64,000 nucleotides of DNA from Flavobacteriales bacterium (GCA_017620815.1 JAGAUI010000010.1:1944-65943), one strand, 5' to 3'; positions 7,792-15,773 are shown, counted from the first letter of the stretch. Notes: a model not told the origin generated them from the letters alone. A program made the numbers and translations.

Positions 7792-8853
7792 TTAGAAAAT
7801 AGAGATATACTCCTTGATATCGCGCGGGCAATTAAGTAGCCTCACACTCTCCATCATAAGCCCCGAGCGTCGATTATCCTCTACCTCCCAAATTGGTGTA
7901 TGCGAGGCAAAGGCGGTAATACGGTTTATTAAATCCCACATATTTATACCGCTTCGGGCTTGGTTTATAGGAAAATGTTGTGTGGCATATCCTGCAGCCT
8001 GATACAGGCCGAGCAAATGCTCATAAGGAGCAATCTCATTGGCTATATCCTGCTCCACTCCATACCGCGACAATAGTCTATCTACCATTCTGACCTCGCC
8101 CATAGATGCCTCGGTACGCATTGCAAGTAAGGCATTGGTGCGCAGTTTGTCAAATCCAGCCATAATAAATTCGGTGCGTGGCAGAGCCAACATCTTGGCT
8201 ACATTGGTATCGTTTAATTGATAGGAGTGTGCAATTTTACGCTCCGTACGCACCATATGTCCATTTGAGCAAATCATACGCATATAGTAGTTGCCAGCCT
8301 CAACTTCGCCCAAGTTCCAGCGAAACCAAACACCATTGGTCATAAACTCCTCATCTTCTGCAATTGCGTTATAGTTTGGCGTGTTGGGCATAAGACTTAC
8401 CGTAACACCACCCTGTAACGAGCCCGATGTGTAGAAAGTGTCTGGCATATAACCATTATCATTCATAAACATCTCCAAGAAATCAAAGAAGCTCTCGGCT
8501 GGTATTGCCTCTTGTTTTAGGTGTGTTGCTCCTACTATTTTTCGCTCTTTTGGGTCGGCAATCAAGGCGAGTTTTCCCGCTTTTTCTACACTATTTGATA
8601 AAGCAAGATAGTTTCGTAAATCACGTATACCATTTGCTCCGAAAGTGTCGGTAACAGACTTCGATTGTCGGGGCGATACGCCGATAAAGGCATCTATCTG
8701 CTCGGAGATATTAGGCTCGACTTCGAGTTCCAAGCCGTGCATTAGGTAGGTATTTTCGCCAGAAGAGATTAGTTCTTGTGGTTCTACGATACGGTAAGGT
8801 AGTTGTGAGGCGATGAAATTATCACGCCACGCGGTGTAAGATTTACTATCCAT
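7792..8853 (-). CDS. DUF932-like (phage/plasmid-associated) protein
   Basis: 353 aa. 'YYMRMICSNGHMV' resembles the conserved 'FRFVCQNGLV' core that I recall from DUF932 proteins such as E. coli prophage YfjQ. The rest is not recognisable by eye. It overlaps the upstream ATPase gene by 8 nt. Confidence 0.45.
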   Translation of the reverse strand: MDSKSYTAWRDNFIASQLPYRIVEPQELISSGENTYLMHGLELEVEPNISEQIDAFIGVSPRQSKSVTDTFGANGIRDLRNYLALSNSVEKAGKLALIADPKERKIVGATHLKQEAIPAESFFDFLEMFMNDNGYMPDTFYTSGSLQGGVTVSLMPNTPNYNAIAEDEEFMTNGVWFRWNLGEVEAGNYYMRMICSNGHMVRTERKIAHSYQLNDTNVAKMLALPRTEFIMAGFDKLRTNALLAMRTEASMGEVRMVDRLLSRYGVEQDIANEIAPYEHLLGLYQAAGYATQHFPINQARSGINMWDLINRITAFASHTPIWEVEDNRRSGLMMESVRLLNCPRDIKEYISIF

Positions 8854-9700
8854 TTTTCTCTCTATTTAGATTGTTAAACAATTCATCAAATCTGTCTGCA
8901 AAGTCGTGCAGTTGATTGCGGACATTGCGTTGCATACGGCGTATGCTTTGGTCTTGCTCGTAGCGTTCCTCGTCAAAATCGACATCACCCGTAGTGGAGA
9001 GGTTGTAATATAGTTTCACACCTACATCTCCTCGGCGGTGCTTCGAGAAGGTGATATAACGGTCGGAATAGATGTTTTTCGGGTTGTCCAGACGCAACTC
9101 CATCATCGCCGTAATCATATGTTTCAGGCGATTAGAGCCGACAAATGCTCCCGACTTGGTTACCTGCTGAATAGTTAGAAAAGTGGTATTGACACCTCGG
9201 TCATTCTGCGCCTTGTTCTGCTGCTTGATAAGCGACAGGAGCATACTCTCGGCTCGTTTGTTGGTTACATTCTCCTCCTCTTTGACGACACCCTGCAACT
9301 CGTGGAACGAGTCGATAGCAACAATATCCCAACCATTATCAAGCGTATCGGCAACCGTTTGCCACGAATGGCTACACTCATCAAAGCCTCCTTCGATAAA
9401 TAGAATATTAAGGTCGCCAAACTTCGGAAAACGCTCCACATAGATTGCAAGGTCGATTTCATTCATCTCCGCACTGATAAAGAGTATGCGTGCCGAAGGC
9501 TGGGCCTTGCGTATATTGGCAAGCATATCGAGTATGATTGTTGTCTTGCCTACGCCCGGGTCGCCAATAATCATATAATTAACGCCCTTGGGTAGGCCTT
9601 GATAACTACACAGCAGATTATCGAGTATTGTTCGCGTGCGGAAGTTGATAAATAGGTCCTTATCAAACCGCACATCCCGCATTTTTACTATTCCATTCAT
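8846..9700 (-). CDS. RadA/Sms-like RecA-fold ATPase (stand-alone core, no zinc finger or Lon-like domain)
   Basis: 284 aa. It has Walker A 'IIGDPGVGKTTIILDM', 'ILFISAEM', and a Walker B-like 'IVAIDSFHEL'. 'TFLTIQQVTKSGAFVGSNRLKHMITAMMELRLD' and 'ITFSKHRRGDVG' are collinear with RadA 'GHVTKEGxIAGPRVLEHMVDTVLYFEG...KNRFG'. Confidence 0.7.
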   Translation of the reverse strand: MNGIVKMRDVRFDKDLFINFRTRTILDNLLCSYQGLPKGVNYMIIGDPGVGKTTIILDMLANIRKAQPSARILFISAEMNEIDLAIYVERFPKFGDLNILFIEGGFDECSHSWQTVADTLDNGWDIVAIDSFHELQGVVKEEENVTNKRAESMLLSLIKQQNKAQNDRGVNTTFLTIQQVTKSGAFVGSNRLKHMITAMMELRLDNPKNIYSDRYITFSKHRRGDVGVKLYYNLSTTGDVDFDEERYEQDQSIRRMQRNVRNQLHDFADRFDELFNNLNREKNG

Positions 9701-9719
9701 CGCATCCTTGATTTTGCGA

Positions 9720-9727
9720 CAAAAGTA
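9720..9727 (-). promoter_or_regulatory. candidate -7 promoter box (TACTTTTG) for the six-gene module
   Basis: The minus strand reads TACTTTTG (TAnnTTTG). It lies immediately after the terminator hairpin and about 20 nt upstream of the ATG at 9700. Confidence 0.35.
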
Positions 9728-9730
9728 AAA

Positions 9731-9761
9731 CCCCTCTCTGCCACATCAGGACAGAGAGGGG
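9731..9761 (-). terminator. intrinsic terminator after the PLD nuclease gene
   Basis: CCCCTCTCTG (9731-9740) pairs with CAGAGAGGGG (9752-9761). On the minus-strand RNA the stem is followed by UUUUACUUUU. Confidence 0.65.
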
Positions 9762-9783
9762 GTGATTTGAAAATTTTGCTCTA

Positions 9784-10317
9784 TTATTTCGTCTTTTTTA
9801 CCTGCATGGTTATTGGCATTCCACAATAGTCTTTGCGCTTGCAATTTTTACAATGTTCGCCAGACCAGACCGAGTTGAAATGGTCGGCGGCGGCATCAAC
9901 CAACGCGAGGTCGTCGGTCATAATTCCCGCCTCAAAGTTGCGCTTGCCATCGGACTTCATTCCAATACCTGCACCCGTAAGGTTTGCCGAGCCGATATAT
10001 GCCGCCTCACAATCGAAAATCATCATTTTGAAATGGACTCTCGGACAGAGTTTACGTTGCAAATTCTTTATGAGAGAAGGATACTTATCAAAATCTTCAC
10101 GGAAGTTCGGCCCCGGCTCTTTGGCGTGCAACAATCTTACCTCCACACCTCGCCTGACGAGCAAATCAAGCACCGCAAGGAACGGCTCACGACCTGCTCC
10201 GACCTTCACATAGAGGTCTTTGATATCGGCCGTACCAATCACCAGCGAATGCCTTACACTCGCCACCCGCGCCAGCACCTCATTGTAGTGCGCTATGTCA
10301 GAGATGTAGTTTATCAT
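9784..10317 (-). CDS. single-HKD phospholipase D-family (Nuc-like) nuclease
   Basis: 'HFKMMIFDCEAAYIGSANLT' matches HxK(x)4D(x)6GSxN exactly. The C-terminus is Cys-rich ('HCKNCKRKDYC'). I set the start at the internal ATG at 10317 ('MINYISD'), 4 nt after the GmrSD stop, rather than at the track's 10377. Confidence 0.85.
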   Translation of the reverse strand: MINYISDIAHYNEVLARVASVRHSLVIGTADIKDLYVKVGAGREPFLAVLDLLVRRGVEVRLLHAKEPGPNFREDFDKYPSLIKNLQRKLCPRVHFKMMIFDCEAAYIGSANLTGAGIGMKSDGKRNFEAGIMTDDLALVDAAADHFNSVWSGEHCKNCKRKDYCGMPITMQVKKTK

Positions 10318-10321
10318 TTTT

Positions 10322-12367
10322 CTAATTATAAATAAGATGATAGAAACATTTATAGATATTAACCAATCGTCGTGCAATAGCCATTGCGTGATTTATGACC
10401 ATCGATTCGTCATCTTTATTAAACCTTTCAGTCAATGTTTTCCAATATTCCAAATCTCCTTCTTCTATAAAATAATTTTTATGAGTAGAGACATCTTTTA
10501 ACCTATCACTGGGGGACAGTTTATTGCTTTCACTACGATTATCAGATAGTGACATAGCACGTAAATTGCCAATAGTATTATTCCATTTGCGAGTTAATTC
10601 ATGGATCTTTCTTTGTCCATACACCCATTCACTTGGATAGATATGATCCCAATCCCATGGAGTATTGGTATCTTCCAGTCGTTCTAGTTCATTAAATTCT
10701 GGAAATTCATCGCGAATATAAGAACTTTGAGCTATTAGTATGAGTAAACGATTATATTGTACAGAATTGATAAAGCCCCACCACGAATCTGAAATTTTAG
10801 AGTTGAACTGTTCTTTGTTGATTTCTGAAGCCCCAATACGACATTCCCAGTATTTCCATATCTCTGGGTCATTTTCTGCAGATAACGAATAATCATTATC
10901 CTTATCTTCTATCTTTTTTTCAAAAAATTTCATCAGCAACTCTGGGTCAATGAGAGGGTATTGTATAAACCGCCCATCATTAACTGGCTGACTCCAGAAA
11001 TCATCACTAGTAACACTATTCCATTTTTCATTGACATAAGTCGATACATCACCAAACCATGCAGTACGATATATCTGTGAACAAATAGCTGTCTTTAAGG
11101 AAGAATCTATAGATAAATCTTTATCTATATACTCATCAAGATAGCGAAGTAATAATAAAAATATTTCTGTTTTGGTAGCAATTACCTGTCTTACCACGAC
11201 ATTGGGAATTTCTCCATTCATTTGGAGGATTTCCACAGCTATATCATAAAGTTTTTTTATCCTTCCATCTTCACTACCTATGTAATTTTTTAATAATTGT
11301 TCTTTAAAATCAGGATTATTTATAAAATTTTGGAATTGTTTTACTCCTATATTCTTAATATAATTACCGTTATTAACCTTTGCATATACCAATTTAGATG
11401 CCAAAACAATAGTTTTAGCTGGAGAAATGATGTTTTGTGAAAGTGATTCTACCAAAGATTTAGCTTCTGGACAAGTAGATTTATAAATAGAATAAATGAG
11501 TTCTTCCCCCTCCAAGCGTGTCCCTTCAGAATTGATTCTTACAAATAAAGTGGGATCATTACCTTCATTATTTTTATCATCTAAGGACAAGACTCCTTTT
11601 TTTACTATAATTCCAGGCACCATTAGCTTTATAGCATTGTTCTTGATAGCATTGTAGATATCCTTATAGTCATTATTATTTAATTTTTCCCTATAATCTT
11701 CAGCTTTAATATATTTAGTATTGAGCCCTAAGGGAAAATGTGTTGCAACTTTTTTACAAATGATTGCCTTCCAGTCTTCATAAGATATGTCTTGATTCCC
11801 TTCAAAAGGAGCTAGGGCAAATGATAGTGGTATGGGTAAATATGAGTCATATGGGTAACGCTCTTCTGGTTTAAGGTCTATGTATTTTTTCTTTTGCTTT
11901 CCATCTTCCTCATTTTCAGAAATAAGATAATCTAGAGCCTTTACTCTATCACTCACACTCAAAATAGCATTATTATTAAAGAGCTGATACCCCCAAGGAT
12001 GAGATTGGGTTACAACCCTTATGACAAATTTCTGACCATAACTATACTTTTCAGGTTTTAAATCAATCCATACAACAGGTAATTGGTGGGCATTACCTAT
12101 GGATTTACGTTCTTCTTCCCATGGATTATATAAAGCTAGTGCTATGGACGTTGAACGTTGCTGACCATCAAACAACCACATAGTTTGATTTTCTGTTTCA
12201 GATAGCATAAAAGCTCCTATTGGATAGCCACTGAGTATAGAATCCCATACGCGTTCTATTTGTACTGGTTTCCATACAAAACCTCGTTGCATCGCAGGTA
12301 GTAATATATTTGAATTTTCACTTACCAACCATTTGCTTATTTCAAATAAATTATATACTTCTACCAT
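10322..12367 (-). CDS. GmrSD-family type IV restriction-like enzyme (DUF262 ParB-like NTPase + DUF1524 His-Me nuclease)
   Basis: 681 aa. The N-terminus 'LPAMQRGFVWKPVQIERVWDSILSGYPIGAFML...FDGQQRSTSI' carries the DGQQR motif. The C-terminus 'WDWDHIYPSEW...IGNLRAMSLSDNRSESNK' is HNH/His-Me-like. The gene is very AT-rich compared with its flanks. Confidence 0.9.
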   Translation of the reverse strand: MVEVYNLFEISKWLVSENSNILLPAMQRGFVWKPVQIERVWDSILSGYPIGAFMLSETENQTMWLFDGQQRSTSIALALYNPWEEERKSIGNAHQLPVVWIDLKPEKYSYGQKFVIRVVTQSHPWGYQLFNNNAILSVSDRVKALDYLISENEEDGKQKKKYIDLKPEERYPYDSYLPIPLSFALAPFEGNQDISYEDWKAIICKKVATHFPLGLNTKYIKAEDYREKLNNNDYKDIYNAIKNNAIKLMVPGIIVKKGVLSLDDKNNEGNDPTLFVRINSEGTRLEGEELIYSIYKSTCPEAKSLVESLSQNIISPAKTIVLASKLVYAKVNNGNYIKNIGVKQFQNFINNPDFKEQLLKNYIGSEDGRIKKLYDIAVEILQMNGEIPNVVVRQVIATKTEIFLLLLRYLDEYIDKDLSIDSSLKTAICSQIYRTAWFGDVSTYVNEKWNSVTSDDFWSQPVNDGRFIQYPLIDPELLMKFFEKKIEDKDNDYSLSAENDPEIWKYWECRIGASEINKEQFNSKISDSWWGFINSVQYNRLLILIAQSSYIRDEFPEFNELERLEDTNTPWDWDHIYPSEWVYGQRKIHELTRKWNNTIGNLRAMSLSDNRSESNKLSPSDRLKDVSTHKNYFIEEGDLEYWKTLTERFNKDDESMVINHAMAIARRLVNIYKCFYHLIYN

Positions 12368-12393
12368 TATAATGAATATTTTATTTCTTTATC

Positions 12394-12675
12394 TTACCAC
12401 TCGTTCATCTCCTCCAAATCTTCATCGTCAAACATCGCTTTGAGTTCGTCATCAGCATCAAACACATCATATTCTTCTTTAACCTGTGATAGCAGGCGAA
12501 GTGCCTTGTGACGAGTTATACTATCGGGGATTTCCATAAGACCTTGCTCGATATCCATCAATTTCTCATCAAATTCATTGTAGTCAAAATCATCTTCTTG
12601 AGTTACATCTGTAGCAAGCATTGCCTCCAATTCTTTTATATATGGACGTGCCATATCTTCTGCATATTTATACAT
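12394..12675 (-). CDS. hyper-acidic small protein (30 Asp+Glu of 93 residues)
   Basis: By hand count there are 30 D/E against 9 K/R. Acidic runs include 'QEDDFDYNEFDE' and 'FDADDELKAMFDDEDLEEMNEW'. It lies between the WYL regulator and GmrSD, with 15- and 26-nt gaps. Confidence 0.6.
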   Translation of the reverse strand: MYKYAEDMARPYIKELEAMLATDVTQEDDFDYNEFDEKLMDIEQGLMEIPDSITRHKALRLLSQVKEEYDVFDADDELKAMFDDEDLEEMNEW

Positions 12676-12690
12676 AATATTTTATTTTAA

Positions 12691-13626
12691 TTACTTTTTA
12701 TACACCTTAAACTTATACCCTGAATCCATACCTGCCGAGGCATTGTTGTTTGCGGTCTTCTCGGCCTTAGTGCGGAGCATATCTTTGAGTAGCACGGGGG
12801 CTAACACGCCTACTGAGTCGCCCATTGAGAGTATTTTCTGCTGAAAATCAAACGACGGACACAAGCGGTACTCGAAAATAGAATACTCCTCATTGCGCTC
12901 TACCTCCTTTTGCGTGTGGTGCAGTGGTAATGTACGCAAATAGTTACTCTGCCACGAATCGACCTTCAATGCCACAGGGCCAACATCAAAATCTTCATCG
13001 CCGATGATAATGCCGTAGTAGTCTTCAAAAAACTTCGCTGCATCGAACTTTTTGGGCAGTTTGAATGTACACTCTGTCTGCTCCAAAGCTTTGATGCGGT
13101 CGAGGGCATAGATGCGCAGTTTGTCGCTCATTCCGAGCATATACCATCTTTGCCTAAAAAGTTTAACGCAATATGGCTCCACCTCAAATGTCGAAGCCTC
13201 GCTTCTACCAAAACTATGGTATGTCATATGCAATGTCCTATTCTCACGCATAGCCTTGACGATAGACATAAGAAAGTTCTGTCCAGATGGAATATCTTCC
13301 AGCAGGATACGTTTTTTAAGTGCAGCACTTTCATTAAGAACACTATTTACCGAAAAAGTTTGAATTAACCATTTACGCATCTTCATATCCTCTATATCAT
13401 CATTGGCTACTACATAGCCATTGCGTTTACGGTCATACTCTATGTCTATGTCAAATAGTTCCTCTACCGCATCGGTATAACGATGGAATGTACGCTCTTC
13501 CAATACTTCTCCTGTATCAAAGTGTAGTTCAAACCTACGTTGAATATCTTTTAACGATATTGGCCCGTAATTCAATATAGTAGTTACAAACCAAACATAA
13601 CGGTTAATAAGCCCTGCGGTACTCAT
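12691..13626 (-). CDS. WYL-domain transcriptional regulator (wHTH-WYL-WCX architecture, BrxR/CapW-like)
   Basis: 311 aa. The N-terminus 'GPISLKDIQRRFELHF' is wHTH-like. The central 'VKLFRQRWYMLGMSDKLRIYALDRIKALE' is the WYL signature (WY[LM]xG...LDRI). Confidence 0.8.
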   Translation of the reverse strand: MSTAGLINRYVWFVTTILNYGPISLKDIQRRFELHFDTGEVLEERTFHRYTDAVEELFDIDIEYDRKRNGYVVANDDIEDMKMRKWLIQTFSVNSVLNESAALKKRILLEDIPSGQNFLMSIVKAMRENRTLHMTYHSFGRSEASTFEVEPYCVKLFRQRWYMLGMSDKLRIYALDRIKALEQTECTFKLPKKFDAAKFFEDYYGIIIGDEDFDVGPVALKVDSWQSNYLRTLPLHHTQKEVERNEEYSIFEYRLCPSFDFQQKILSMGDSVGVLAPVLLKDMLRTKAEKTANNNASAGMDSGYKFKVYKK

Positions 13627-13657
13627 AACGGGTTGAAATTTTAGGTAAAGTTAAAAA

Positions 13658-13927
13658 TTATAATCGAATCCAACGCTCGGGTGAGGATAAAAAGTGTATC
13701 GCCAATGTGCCGATAATCACGCCGACCACGACCGCAATAGCTGTCCGACTGCGTTGTTTGCGCTTATTTTGTGGAAACGAATCAGCCGCACGACCCCACA
13801 ACGCTGCAAGGTCATACAGCTGATTTATAATGCTTTGTCGCAGTTGTACACTAAATGGCAGCTGCTCTCGGGTTTGCTTCTGATGTTTCTTCTGCTCCAT
13901 ACTCTTTTCTATTAAATTTTGATGCAA
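13658..13927 (-). CDS. small tail-anchored membrane protein (hypothetical)
   Basis: 89 aa, with a basic/polar N-terminal half and one C-terminal TM segment 'AIAVVVGVIIGTLAIHFL'. There is no other support. Confidence 0.4.
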   Translation of the reverse strand: MHQNLIEKSMEQKKHQKQTREQLPFSVQLRQSIINQLYDLAALWGRAADSFPQNKRKQRSRTAIAVVVGVIIGTLAIHFLSSPERWIRL

Positions 13928-13967
13928 AGGTATGATTGTATACTGACAAAATGAGTCAGTGTTATGA

Positions 13968-14453
13968 CTATTTCAATAAAGCAAGTACATTGTGTTGATT
14001 AAACACAAACCACACCAAGAAACAAAGAACAAAAAAACAACGGAATGAAGTAAAGAAACGCTCAATGGTATATTTCATCTTAAACTCCAAATAATCGACA
14101 TTGCTGCTGCGATAGAAATAACGACGCGACAACACCTCTTCTGTGTGATTATACACAAAAGTTGCTGTCATAACAGCTCCAATAAGACCTATAATACCAA
14201 CTGCAATAACCCAACCTAAACCTCCAAGGATGTAGAATGTGTAGCCACACAAAGCTAAAGCAAAAACAAAGAATGTAAATCCATCACCAACTTTCTTTGT
14301 TGGCACAAGGCTGCATAACAGAATAAAACCTAAAAGACCGACAATATCTAAGTTTTCAATCTTCAAATAAAATAACAATAGGACTGGCAATGTCATTACC
14401 ATCACAATGCTCTCTATGTTTGCTATCAGCCAGCTCTTAAATGTAATCTTCAT
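13968..14453 (-). CDS. polytopic membrane protein (hypothetical, about 5 TM)
   Basis: 161 aa and strongly hydrophobic ('VMVMTLPVLLLFYL', 'VGLLGFILLCSLV', 'FTFFVFALALCGYTFYILGGLGWVIAVGIIGLIGAVMTATFV', 'FFVLCFLVWFVF'). It starts 14 nt after the preceding ORF and is AT-rich. Confidence 0.6.
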   Translation of the reverse strand: MKITFKSWLIANIESIVMVMTLPVLLLFYLKIENLDIVGLLGFILLCSLVPTKKVGDGFTFFVFALALCGYTFYILGGLGWVIAVGIIGLIGAVMTATFVYNHTEEVLSRRYFYRSSNVDYLEFKMKYTIERFFTSFRCFFVLCFLVWFVFNQHNVLALLK

Positions 14454-14467
14454 AATGATTAACTTAA

Positions 14468-15418
14468 TTAAAATAATTTAGTTAGATATTTCATTGTAGA
14501 TGTTTCTGGTAAACTATCATAAAGAATCGTTGTATATTTATCTTCTTCATCACCATCTGGTATAAAGTAAAATACACACTCTTCACCATAAACATCACAA
14601 GTAATTTTTGTCATTGGGATTGACAGGAATATCATTGAATGTGATATAACATTTCCTAGTTCTAAAGCATCTACAATCCTCATATACTCATCGTATAAAT
14701 CGAGGAGATGTCGTTCAGACAGACCAGCTTCTGAAAACATTTTTTTGCCCTCTTCAGCATCTTTTACAACATAGTTAGCATTATTTATCATTGACTGAAT
14801 TTCTACCGCTGCTGCATAATAATGGGCATAAAGAGCATTATCTATATTGACCACAACATCACTTATTTTACACCATACATTACCCATATTTAATCGTCCA
14901 GAGGGACTTACTATGTATTTCTTATTTTGGTTTAAAGACTCTAAAATTGGTGCACTTATTTCTTCGTCACAAACACCTATGGGTGAATATAATATATTAT
15001 GAGAATCTGACGTTAAAAATGAAATCCCGGCAACTTGGGTATATTTTCCATCGCTACATATCTTACCACCAAACAATAACTCGGGGTTGTAACCAGAATC
15101 CATCATCGTTCTATCAAAAGCAGGTACACTTTGGTCGCAAACATTTTTATCACATAATGTACTAAGATGATACACAAGAGTAACTTCCGTATGATTTGTG
15201 CGTATATTTGAGGCTACTTTTTTCATGATTTTTGCAGTGCGAAATTCCCCTGGCAATAAATCATCTGTCTTTTCCACATAGTGTTGAAACTCAGGTAATC
15301 CTATTTTAAGATCATATGGAATAGCATAAATATCAAGTACGTGGTGGAAAAATTCTTGGAGTTCCATTTTTACATAAAATGGGAGCTTCCCCAATTTTAC
15401 TTGCTTTAATACTTTCAT
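14468..15418 (-). CDS. hypothetical soluble protein (no recognisable motif)
   Basis: A 316-aa uninterrupted ORF in an AT-rich block, tightly followed by the membrane protein gene. I could identify no known motifs. Confidence 0.55.
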   Translation of the reverse strand: MKVLKQVKLGKLPFYVKMELQEFFHHVLDIYAIPYDLKIGLPEFQHYVEKTDDLLPGEFRTAKIMKKVASNIRTNHTEVTLVYHLSTLCDKNVCDQSVPAFDRTMMDSGYNPELLFGGKICSDGKYTQVAGISFLTSDSHNILYSPIGVCDEEISAPILESLNQNKKYIVSPSGRLNMGNVWCKISDVVVNIDNALYAHYYAAAVEIQSMINNANYVVKDAEEGKKMFSEAGLSERHLLDLYDEYMRIVDALELGNVISHSMIFLSIPMTKITCDVYGEECVFYFIPDGDEEDKYTTILYDSLPETSTMKYLTKLF

Positions 15419-15731
15419 TGTTTATTTTATTTAAGTTATCAATAAAAAAAGTGCGTACTGCTGTTTCCATACAACAACAGGCACCGCCAAGCGCCCAGTA
15501 CACATACAGATAAACAAGCAGCCCGCACCTATACTGGTGGCGAACAATATTTGTTATCCTCGTGTACATATCGAGTGCCTTGCACTCAGACAAAATTGGC
15601 GGTTTTGTTGTTTGAGGACTTTTCAGTTCTAATATGTTGTGATCCCACAGGGGACACGCTTCAAAACTAAACATTTTTTCACAAACTACAAAGTTTCGGA
15701 CTGCTTTTTACAATATTCTGTTTTTATTTGG

Positions 15732-15739
15732 CAAAACTA
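15732..15739 (-). promoter_or_regulatory. candidate -7 promoter box (TAGTTTTG) within a repeated GGTGTAGTTTTGCC motif
   Basis: The minus strand reads GGTGTAGTTTTGCC. The same 14-mer recurs at 16834-16847, upstream of the next gene. Confidence 0.3.
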
Positions 15740-15773
15740 CACCCTCAAAATACCAAATCTCGTCAGTGTAAAA

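Noticed and set aside
10318-10377. Upstream extension of the PLD nuclease ORF (track start 10377), overlapping the GmrSD 3' end by 56 nt
   Set aside because: The extension encodes an implausible hydrophobic leader ('MHDDWLISINVSIILFIIRK'). The ATG at 10317 lies 4 nt after the GmrSD stop and gives a normal Nuc-like N-terminus.
15333-15674. 113-aa minus-strand ORF in the 15.4-15.8 kb gap
   Set aside because: It overlaps the start of the 316-aa gene by 86 nt in another frame. The sequence ('WALGGACCCMETAV') has no protein-like features. I treat the region as a non-coding leader and discuss it as a finding instead.
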